Below are positions 49,801-60,660 of a DNA stretch of 64,000 bases, one piece after another. Every line of letters starts with the position of its first letter. The first letter of the stretch is position 1. The stretch spans positions 37,324,001 to 37,388,000 of the forward strand of contig OX597820.1 in the NCBI GenBank assembly GCA_951406725.2, in the 5' to 3' direction. This stretch comes from Octopus vulgaris (taxonomy: Eukaryota). Both the position numbers and the translations under genes were made by a program. The notes below the pieces were generated by a model. The model saw nothing but the letters and a program-made list of their open reading frames with translations. It had not been told where the DNA came from and ran no database searches.

Positions 49801-52339
49801 AATCTGCCTCTCTTCCTCATATTGATGTTTGTGTGATAAGGGACTGCATTGGGTCACATTCAATACACCTTGTCATGACTCATCTGTACTGTTAGCCATC
49901 AATTCCTCTCACCAAGTTGCTCACTGATGTCCATTACCCTCTCTTTTAGTCCATCTCTGTTATTATATCTCTCAATCTCTTCCTTTATTCCCTCCTTTGG
50001 CCTCAATCAGTTTCTTCAATCTTATTCTATTTTTCACCCTTTCATCTTGGTTATTCTGTTCCACTTTCTCATCCATTCACTCTGTTGCTCATGTGGCCTT
50101 GAATAAATGAAGGCATAAAATAATGAAGATTTTTTTTAATATTGCAGAGTACAAAAGAATCTTAAGGCCAGTGGTACAATAAAATGCACCAACTACACTC
50201 TGAAAAGGACTGGTAAATGAACAGGGACAACATAGGGTCAGGGGGATACTTCAGTCTTGTTGTGGACATAACCTTTGACATTGATGCCAGAGAGGGTATC
50301 ACGTATAATCTGTTATGTGGTTGGTGTAAGGATGCATATATAGCTATAGGAACTATCTCAGAAATGGAATGTATAGGCAAGATGTACTCTCTTGATCTAT
50401 CCAGGAGGGCAGAAATCTGAATAAGAATTGATTTGGATTCATGACTCATCCAACACAGCAGCATGGAAGCCAGGTGTAACACATTGATGATATGTCCATA
50501 TGTATATATCATAATACACACACACATATTTATGTACACATGCTATATACATCAATCAAAAGTTACACATTCCAACAATAGTAGTATTCTTTCAGCAACT
50601 TAAGCCAATTTAAACTGAAGAGAATTGAGAATTTATGTGAAAAACTTATGAGAAACATCATTGTACATATAATTCTCCTCCCCCATAACGGTAACAATTG
50701 AGTTTAGAACACTTGATAAATTCTTTAAAACTGAACAGTTCGTTTTCAGCTATAATTCTTTTGATGCCTGAATATAAAACCATACTAACCTTCCTTCCTC
50801 CAGCTTGTCTTTCACATATGCAGACAAATGCTGACTAAGTGTACGCATTCAAAACTGTCATACTAAATCTTGGCTTTGCCCAAGCTAGAACATTTCTCAA
50901 ATTAATAACATCTTTGATTTCATAATCAACAGAAGTGAACTGGCCAGGGTTAGCATCCTATCTGTTATCGCCATATCTGGAGTTCTATGAGAGTAGACCA
51001 TAGTGAATTCCACACAGGTGCAATTCTAAGAATAAAGGATTGATTAAAGTGTTTAATGCAATGGCTTAGTGGATTGAACAACTATGGATGGGAGTGGCAA
51101 GTTACTATGTTACAAGAAAAGAAATTGTTAAAGTAGAGCAGTATGAAATATCAACAAGAAATAGTATATTTGCAGCTAGTTTGTATAGTGTCTTTTCAAA
51201 TTACCTGGATATGGTCTAGCAGCAGTAGATTTTTAGTGATGAGAGCATAACAACAATAGGAGTGTAATTCAGATTTGTAGAGGTTCAGTGATAGGTCAGA
51301 TATAGAGTATTTCCTGAACCTAAAATGGAAGTTTTGTCATTAGAATACATTTCTGGAAACAAGAAATGAGAGGAAACCATAGGTTACCAAATTTGCAAAG
51401 GACTTCCCATATGAGATACAATCAAAGTGAAAGTGACCACAAGTGAAAAAATGAAAGTGATGGTGATGGCTCAGAAGAATAAGAGAGATTGTCTTAATGG
51501 AAATGGTAAACACTTTACAATTTTACTGAAGTAGATTAAACTTTATTTAAATTTCTGGCTAATTTACAGAGTGATGAGGTCAGAACTCAAGATTCTGACA
51601 CCCAGGTTTAAAATGACAGAAGATTAAAAAAAAAAGGGAAGTTGTCCTATATGTCAGACAAGTCCATCTCACAGAAACATATGGAATGAGCATTGAAACA
51701 TTGATGTGGATGGTAAAGATTCACAAATTATACCATTTATATTAATGTTACGGTTATATTTGCAAGTAAAATATTCAGCATAACTAAGTCATAACAGAAT
51801 CAGGCTATGGCTAAAAGAAATCAGAAAATTATATAACAACTGAATCATTTTCTAATTTGATACATACATAACAGATATTACATACAAATATGAAAAAATT
51901 GACTATAAAACCTAACTATTATATTGTATATCCAATTACGGTATGATGAAATATTTCCTTTTACTGTTTGTGAACCTGTTTGTAACATAAAAACAGTACA
52001 GTGTTGTTTTCCATCTACAAAAGAATACATTTCAGTAATTTACCTTCAAGGTTAAATAGATAAATTTTATAATTTCTCCCTTTCAGAAATGTTAGATGGA
52101 ATACATGAGTATTTTAAAAGATTTTCGTTTAAATATCACAGTAGTAAATAATGTAATCAATCAAGATATAGTTGGGGTCATGTAAAACATGATGCATGTG
52201 TTATCATACTTATATTTTTTGTTATGTGTAAATATATATATTACTATATAAGATATTTCTTGCATAAAATATATTCTTCTGCATGAATCCATACTTGTTT
52301 TATGAAGTGACTGTTTTTGATAGAATGATTTACCAGAGT

Positions 52340-52984
<645 letters not shown>

Positions 52985-55179
52985 TCATTTTCATATTTTA
53001 TTTCTATCAAATATTTTTACTATTATATTTCCATCAATTGTGACCTTCATTACTATCTGAAGATATTGAGAACTACTTTGTAAATCTGTTCAAGTCTAAG
53101 GGAAATAAAATTCTCTTGTTCAAATTCTTCACAGTCAAGTAGAAAAATGTTACTAATAATGTCTTACAGAGGAAATATTTCACTGTAATTCTCACAGCCT
53201 TATTTTCCACTCTGTTTAATATTCTTTGGTCTTTTATTGATGATGCAGCTAAAGTAAAAATTCTTTTATGCCAATGTCATCCAATACTCTGAAATAATAA
53301 AGAAACAGTATAAGGTTTCAAAAATGTAGATTCAACAATGGAAATTTTAATATATTTCTGTATTGATAAACTATAGACATAAAACATATGTGAACAACTG
53401 AACTTAACTTTTTAATTAAAATTCCATCAAATAACTTTATGTGAAGTCTACATATTTACAGAGTACAGCTACTCCTTCAGGTTGTGTAATATTATATACA
53501 TAAGGTAAATGGACTAACATTTTTCTCTCTCCAGAGATATTGGCTGTTGTTCAGTGATAGTCGAGCAAGTTTGGTGCTAGTTGACTAAACCTGTGATAGA
53601 AAATATTCCATCCAATCTTAGTCATAAGCATTCAAAATCTAGCTTTACATTATCTAGTGTATACCTCTTTTTTCAAGACTGGCTTAATTTGAGAGATATT
53701 TGGCTGACATTTCTAGAATATAAGTAAATGTGTGTGTGTGTGTGTGTAGGATTGTTTATGCAAATGGCAGAAATAGAATTCAATACATATAATAGAAGGC
53801 TTTTTTTTTTATTATAAGAGAAGCTACATCAATGATTCAAAGGCTGGGAGTTTCATGCTGAGGCATTTAATCAAACTAACCTTGGGTGCGAGCTACTAGG
53901 GTTTTGAGTTACCCATGCAGCTTCTTAACTATAACCAAGTGACAATAGAAGCTATCTACTACCTCTAGAAATCCTCATGAGCATTTGATAAAATCTATTT
54001 GTCATATACTCTTAATGATTATTGCTCCAGTGCATTTGCTCCATCCAAAGTCTACTTTCTCTGTTAACCTACTTCTAACATCACTCCAACTCTTGCATGT
54101 CCACAATTTGCATTAGGTACAATGTATGGAATTTCTACTTACTCCTTTCCTATATACTGAGCAAGGCCATTTTCCCAATGAAAGTAAATCCCAGTATATT
54201 TTCCTACTTATAAAACTTTGCTCTCTCTCTCTCTCATATATATTTGTAGAGGATTTCACTAAAAAATATCCATTTTCTTGAAAGTTAAGACGAATTGAAG
54301 TGGACTGAAACCCCCCCCCCCCCAAATTTTTTTGTATATTCGGAATCTACATGATATAACACATATTCGTAGAAAATTTTATTTAAAAAAATATCCATTT
54401 TTCTGAAAGTTATGATCTTCCAAAGTCCGGGGGGGGGGGGCGGTCTGTAGTTATGCTGCATGTCCGACGTCCTCTCCCATACATGCCGGAAAAAATAAAT
54501 TAATATCGTTTTTTATTTTATTTTATTTCCATACTACATATAATTTCTTAGGCAACATTAAAACTATCCCTAACGAAATTGGAGAAGTGCGTTTCTGAAG
54601 AAGCTCCATTTCTTATCTTTAAAAAGGCCCAACTAATTGACATTAAAATGTGTTGTTTGTCACGTAGATGGAGTTTGAATTATTTTCATATACTACTAGA
54701 AAAAAATTATATTTTCCCACTAATAAATGCATAATTGTATCAATATTTACTTACATCGCGCTTCATTCATCACTTCTTGTGGAAGTGTAGGTTACATATT
54801 TCATACTAGACACTAATAGTCTGTGTTTACTCTCAACTAAAGATTAAACAAATTGTGTCAATACTCGTAAAATTTCGTCTGTCAATCTACAACTGTATAT
54901 TACACAAACACATACATACACACACACACATATATATAAATAATCGGTCATCAAAGACTGCAATTTTATATCGAATGTAACACCCGATACTGGGTTTTCA
55001 AACATAACAGATCACCAATTGAGTTTAATTAGAAGTGCGGTCTCGTACATCAAAGTCAGAACGCGGAAATATTCCATATCTTTTTTCCAATGTTGCTATG
55101 TACTTTCATTTCTATATTATTATTGTATGCTAGAAGTAACACGTAATTCTATTGTTTATAGCCAGCCTTAAGGCAAATC

Positions 55180-55355
55180 TTCATAAACTTACCGCTGTTG
55201 GATATAAACAGTGAATCAGTGTGTTGCGCCAGTATGTAACCAAGAAACTAAAGTGGTGCTTTGGTTGTAAAATTACTGCTAGGTGAAGAAGATTTCAATT
55301 TATTTTGGCGAATCTCCACTACGTTAGCATTCATGTTACTTCTTCCGGTTTTAGC
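55180..55355 (-). promoter_or_regulatory. Putative promoter and first exon of ZNF 52340-52945
   Basis: ETS motif CCGGAAG on - strand at about 55342-55348; donor CAGCG|GTAAGT on - strand at about 55187-55197. Confidence 0.3.
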
Positions 55356-56353
55356 GATAGATTCGTATGTTGTGAAAATTACGCAGTAGAGCTGGCATTG
55401 TATTGCTCACAAACACACACGCAGGTATATTGATCCAAATAGAACTTAGAATATGATTATACGTATATTTTTATTAATATTTTTCAGAAGTAACAAAGTG
55501 ACTTAAGATCCGAGAGTATATATATTAAAGTTAGATAAAACCTGTTTATGGGATTACCTTAGGGTTCACGTTCATAAAGGACATAGCTTTATGGCGATAC
55601 CTGCTTAAACGGGACCATGCGCTGTAAATTAAGCATAGCGGAATGGGTGAGGATCCTAAAGGACTCCCTCAACTCAGGGAACATCCTTAACTCCAGAACG
55701 GAGATCTTCGGATCATGCTTATATTTCAGGAAATTCCTTCTGGCCTGTTAGAACATTAAGAATGACAGGTTCACCGGTGAACGGTAGCCAAAGGGAGACA
55801 ATCCTCTTTGTTGACATTGAGTAGCAGGGTCCTTTTCTCCTCCATATCCTAGAGAGACCACTCCCTGGGCAAACAGGTTTTGAGTTCTTATGATATGCAA
55901 TAAAGCTAAGCCCTTTATGGACCTGAAACCTAAGGCTTTATCTAACTTAAATATATACTGCTCTGTAACTTAGAATGTGTTTCTTTTTTCGGATTTATGA
56001 TTTTACAGACGATCCATACATACATATAGGTGAGTTAAGTTAGAGGTTATAACAACCGTATGCCAGCTGTCAGATAGGGTTTTGTCTTTTTATAATCAAT
56101 AAATGATAATTGATGTTTATCAATCATCAATTTTATCCCCGTTTTCTGTTTTGTATATGTGTGTGTGTATATATATATATATATACCTGCGAAACATGCA
56201 TTGAGTCGAACCAGGGGCAGTCGATGAAGGGGAATTGTCCTTGTATTGTTTGTCCTGTACTCTGTTTTTTCGTTAAAAAAAAGTCCGTTTCCTTGTTTGA
56301 TTTTATGTTTTCGTTTCTCGTTGTGTTCTAATGTTTATTTGTGGTGTCCTGTA

Positions 56354-56356
<3 letters not shown>

Positions 56357-56402
<46 letters not shown>
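56357..56402. repeat. (TA)n microsatellite
   Basis: Direct reading of the sequence. Confidence 0.95.
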
Positions 56403-56410
<8 letters not shown>

Positions 56411-57226
56411 TATAATTAATTAATAAGGGTGAGAGAATTAGATACTAATTTAATAGTATACCTATTCAACACCAAGTGGCCCAGTGCCCCGAGAAACCTG
56501 GATTATTATAATATTTTATAACATATTATAATATTTTATACAAAAATAAATATAAGAGAGTGGTCACTATGTGGCTCACTCTAGCACTAGTAATAGATCC
56601 AATAGGTTTCAACCACAAAAATACATGTTTCCCATGAAAGTCAGTACGATTGTTAGCTCACACGAACAGGGCAAATAAAAAATAACAAAAATACAGATTA
56701 TTTTAGGACAATTGTTTCGCTATTAATGAATTAAATGTAATTTTACTCACAATAACTCACTTGTAGCTCCTCAGCCAAAACTATCTGGATGAAATCCACT
56801 CAATCACACGCCAGATTTTACCATAACGATAAATACACGTGTGGTTCAATTGATTACATCCGACGTTATAATTCAAATGCCCCTACCAACAGCGCGCCAA
56901 ACTTTCACGGAAACAGAAACTACATTTAGAAATAAATGCAGCATAATTATAATTAATTAATAAGGGTGAGAGAATTAGATACTAATTTAATAGTATACCT
57001 ATTCAACACCAAGTGGCCCAGTGCCCCGAGAAACCTGGATTATTATAATATTTTATAACATATAATAATATTTTATACAAAAATAAATATAAGAGAGTGG
57101 TCACTATGTGGCTCACTCTAGCACTAGTAATAGATCCAATAGGTTTCAACCACAAAAATACATGTTTCCCATGAAAGTCAGTACGATTGTTAGCTCACAC
57201 GAACAGGGCAAATAAAAAATAACAAA
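56411..57226 (-). mobile_element. Partial tandem repeat (537-bp period, 279-bp near-identical direct repeats) containing a hammerhead ribozyme; retrozyme/pLTR-like
   Basis: 56411-56689 matches 56948-57226 with about one mismatch; hammerhead at 56701-56780 in the unique part; abuts (TA)n. Confidence 0.75.
56701..56780 (-). ncRNA. Type I hammerhead ribozyme with intact catalytic core
   Basis: On - strand: TTTTGG CTGAGGA GCTA-(long loop)-TAGC GAAA CAATTG TC CTAAAA. Stem I has 6 bp, G10.1-C11.1 is intact, the cleavage triplet is GUC and stem III is palindromic. Confidence 0.8.
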
Positions 57227-57393
57227 TGGCAGATTTTTTTTTTCTCAACTTTCCTTGACCGTTTAAGGATCAGAGGTTCTTCCTACCCTCATTAATTTCT
57301 CTTACCGGTGACAAGATAAGACCCATTAATTCTTTTCCCAGCCAACGGAAGTGGGTCATAGCATTTTCTCGTTTTTTTTTCACCTTCGCTACA

Positions 57394-57462
<69 letters not shown>

Positions 57463-57469
57463 CAGGGAC

Positions 57470-57530
<61 letters not shown>
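57394..57530. repeat. (TATC)n and (GA)n microsatellites
   Basis: Direct reading; these account for the N-terminal part of the 57351 ORF. Confidence 0.95.
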
Positions 57531-57532
<2 letters not shown>

Positions 57533-57584
57533 AGAAACAAAAATAAGAACGCGACATTTGCTGATCGGTCGAATCAAAGTAAAG

Positions 57585-58200
57585 ATGTCTTGTGCTTCTT
57601 GCGAATTCAAATATTATATTTGCATGCGTACCTTTATTCAGGAAGACGGAAAAGCTATAGAATTCCTTCGGAATCATGGTGTCCTACCAACTTCTGTAAC
57701 ATGTCCTCGATGTGGAAGCAAGTGTATATACAGAGAAGACCAGCATATTTGGAGATGTAGGAAAAGTTTTACTGTCGCAAAATCGAAGAAGCGGGGTCAA
57801 TGTGGCTATTCAATATCAGACTTTCATGGGACCTTTCTTGATAATGCACGCATTAGTCCATGGAAGCTTATCTTTGTGAATGAGTTTCTGCTTGGTGCAT
57901 GGCAGCATAAAAGAGTCGTAGAAAACCTGGAATTGAGTCCAGCAACTAGTGTAGACTGGAGATCATTTTGTTCCGAAGTCACGGAAAATTGGCTTCAATC
58001 TCAGGAAGCGATCGGCGGCGAATCAATCGAAGTCGAAATTGATGAGACTTTGATTGTTCGTCGTAAATACGGGAGGGGTCGAATTTTGCGCCAAGTTTGG
58101 TTGTTTGGTGGAATAGAGCGAACCAGTAAGCGTCGTTTTGTTGTGCCTCTTATTAATAAGAAGCGTGATAAAGTGACACTGGTTCCTCTAATCCAAAATG
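57585..58200 (+). mobile_element. Merlin (IS1595/ISXO2-like DDE) transposase, 3'-deleted
   Basis: N-terminal CPRC...WRC zinc ribbon; VEIDET..RRKYGRGR...WLFGGIER..KRRFVVP...RDKVTLVPLI. The ORF breaks before the second catalytic Asp. Confidence 0.85.
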
Positions 58201-58239
58201 ACCACCACTACAGGAATTCATTCAACGAAAAAAAAAAAA

Positions 58240-58762
58240 AAAATCCAATTCGCCACCCCCTTTTCCGAACCAAAATAAGGGATTTGCAGCATATTAGGGT
58301 AAGGAGGTCAGAGTACTTGATTCCACGCAAAAAATCCGAATTAAAAAAAAAAATTTTCCTTAGTGAAAATTCCGGGGGAGGGGGGCTTCCCTCCCTTCCG
58401 AACCAAAATATGGGATTTACAGCATGTTACGAGGTCAGGGTACTTGATTCCACGCAAAAAATCTGAGTTTTTTTTTTCTTGTGAAAATTCCGGGGAAGGG
58501 GGTTACCATCCCCCCTTTCCGGAGCAATTCCGGACCAAAATATGGGATTTGCAGCATATTAGGAGGTCAGGGTACTTGATTCCACGCAAAAAATCTGAGT
58601 TTTTTTTTTCTTGTGAAAATTCCGGGGAAGGGGGTTACCCTCCCCCCCCTTCCCGGGATTTACAGCATATTAGGAGGTCAGGGTACTTGATTCCACGCAA
58701 AAAATCCGAGTTTTTTTTTTTTCTTAGTGAAAATCGTGCGGGTGTTAATCTGTAATTTTACC
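58240..58762. repeat. Four ~120-130-bp subterminal-type tandem repeats, probable right end of the Merlin element
   Basis: Unit gggattt.cagcat.tta..aggtcagggtacttgattccacgcaaaaaatc.gag(t)n..gtgaaaattccgggg repeated four times; the block ends ...ttttaCC. Confidence 0.75.
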
Positions 58763-59546
58763 GATATTCGCTAGAGTAATTCGTACAACTGCATTCCCTT
58801 GACAAAAATGCTTTTCAGTGAAATCTTATGAATGTCTTATAGACTTACAAAAATTGTTTGAGCGTCAGAAAAATTCCCTACAATATTTACTTACAGCTCA
58901 CTACTGTCTGGGTTCTAATTCCACCGAGGTTAACTTTATCTTTCATCCACCTGAGGTCGATAAAACAGTCAAGCGATTGGCTATTCGTAAAATGTATCTA
59001 AGAATAATAAAATAGATTAAGATTAAGAAGTGTTTATAAGCGCTATGTTTAATAACGAGTACAATTAAAGACAATCGGATATATTTAACGGTCTTCATTG
59101 GTGTGGCTGGGCACATTAATCCTCTAAATTGACGAGTTTTGTTTATCGACAATCACTCGCCATAAAAGAAGCTTAAGTAATTTTACTGACTTGTTACATA
59201 TGTAATGCGCAAAAAAATTGCTGTGATGTAATTAAAATCCTGTCCTGAACTTGCTTGTAAAACGGAATGACCCATTAGATTATAGTGAAACCTGGCGGTC
59301 ACATTCTGGAAGCTTCCGGTTCATCCCTTATATAAAGGAAAGGAATTTCTAAATTCGCGCCATTCAGTGCCTGTTGATTCCTCAACATGCTTTGGGTCAA
59401 GCCGTCACATACACACCTGCTCGTGCTCACGAGCCGGTGTGTATGTGGCGGCTTGACCCAATGCATGTCGAGGAATCAACAGGCACTGAATGGCGTAAAT
59501 TTAGAAATTCCTTCCTTTATATAAGGGATGAACCGGAAGTCCCCGA

Positions 59547-59837
59547 TGTGGGATGACGTCAGCAGCTGGACGTCAGCAGCTGGGTGCGTTGACCGGAAAC
59601 TGGGGCATCTGGAAGGGGCAGCCGTCAGGCGTGCGCAGGCAGCGGGGAATTCGGCCTTTCCAACGTGGGTCGTCCAGGTGTCAAGACGTGTGAGGACGTC
59701 GCTAAGGTTTGGGTGAGCAGCTGCTATCTTTAGTGATCGGGTCGGGGCTGTGTCGAAGGATTAGTTACCACTGAAGGGTCTCCATCACGAGGAAGAGAAG
59801 GTAGGTGCCTTTATATTCGATTCGCGCACACACCACA
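59547..59837 (+). repeat. 5' LTR (291 bp)
   Basis: Direct repeat of 63485-63761 with about 11 substitutions and a 14-bp duplication GACGTCAGCAGCTG; contains a CRE palindrome TGACGTCA. Confidence 0.95.
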
Positions 59838-59849
59838 AGCTATTTCGGC
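59838..59849 (+). other. Non-canonical primer-binding site complementary to the 5' end (nt 1-12) of tRNA-Phe
   Basis: AGCTATTTCGGC abuts the LTR-terminal CA. Its reverse complement GCCGAAATAGCT is the recalled 5' end of metazoan cytosolic tRNA-Phe(GAA). Confidence 0.75.
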
Positions 59850-59890
59850 AATTCTTAAACATTTACATTTCAACACGATTCATCGCCACG

Positions 59891-60654
59891 ATGTCTTCAA
59901 AAATTAGGATCGCCAGCGACGTCGTCAGACCTTTTAATGGGGAAGGCGATGTAGTGGCCTGGATTCGCAAAATCAGGCTGGTGGCAAGACTGCAAGGTAT
60001 AAGCGATGTGGAAGTCTTATGGCGCTGTATTTAGAAGGGAGCGCCTTAACGCTATACCTTGAGATGGACGAAGAGGAACGGCTCAGCGAGGAGAACATAG
60101 AGCGACGCTTGCGGGATGCCTACACGGAATGCGAATACACAGCTTTTGCTAAGCTAGGTGCGATCAGGTGGACGGGAGGAAAAGTAGATGACTATGCAGC
60201 AGAAGTTAGAAGGTTAGCGACTCTGGCTGGGTTTGCGGGAGAAGGGCTGGAGAGAGCAGCCCGGCTGGCGTTTGTGAATGGGTTCTCCGACGATGTAGGG
60301 ATTCACCTACAACGACTGCCCGGGATTAAAAAGATGGCGCTGAGCGAACTTGTAGCTCAGGTCCGCGTGTTGACGAGACACTCTGGGCGGAAGGCGATAG
60401 CGATGGCGGTGACGGAGGCGCGTAAAGACGGACGACGTCCCGAGAAAGACGTACAGAAGCTTACCATGCAACGAGAGCGGCCGTTCTCAGGACGGTGTTT
60501 TAGATGCCAGGGACCGCACATGGCGCGGGACTGTATGCAGCCGGGGCCCGTTTGCTATCGATGCAAGCAGACAGGGCACATTGCCCGTGATTGCGACCAG
60601 GGAAACGACCGCGGGGAAGTTGCTGCCTCTCGAACTTTCCCCTCAAACGAGTAG
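59891..60654 (+). pseudogene. gag: gag with two CCHC zinc knuckles (frameshift near 60010)
   Basis: MSSKIRIASDVVRPFNGEGDVVAWIRK... joins ORF 60019-60654, which carries CFRCQGPHMARDC and CYRCKQTGHIARDC. Confidence 0.85.
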
Positions 60655-60660
60655 AGGCGC
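60600..60660 (+). promoter_or_regulatory. Putative -1 ribosomal frameshift signal (G GGA AAC plus pseudoknot)
   Basis: Slippery heptamer 60600-60606 in gag frame; 6-nt spacer; stem GGGGAAGTT/AACTTTCCCC; loop GCCTCT pairs with downstream AGAGGC; pol is in the -1 frame. Confidence 0.7.

Noticed and set aside
57351-57584. N-terminal extension and C-terminal tail of the 371-aa ORF
   Set aside because: They derive from (TATC)n/(GA)n and the subterminal repeats; only 57585 to about 58200 is transposase-like.
58240-58735. Repeat array as a CRISPR or coding repeat
   Set aside because: Eukaryotic context, no unique spacers, and homopolymer length variation; best read as transposon subterminal repeats.
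59547-59837. Tf1-style self-priming of the LTR element
   Set aside because: I found no GCCGAAATAGCT-like sequence inside either LTR that could pair with the PBS.
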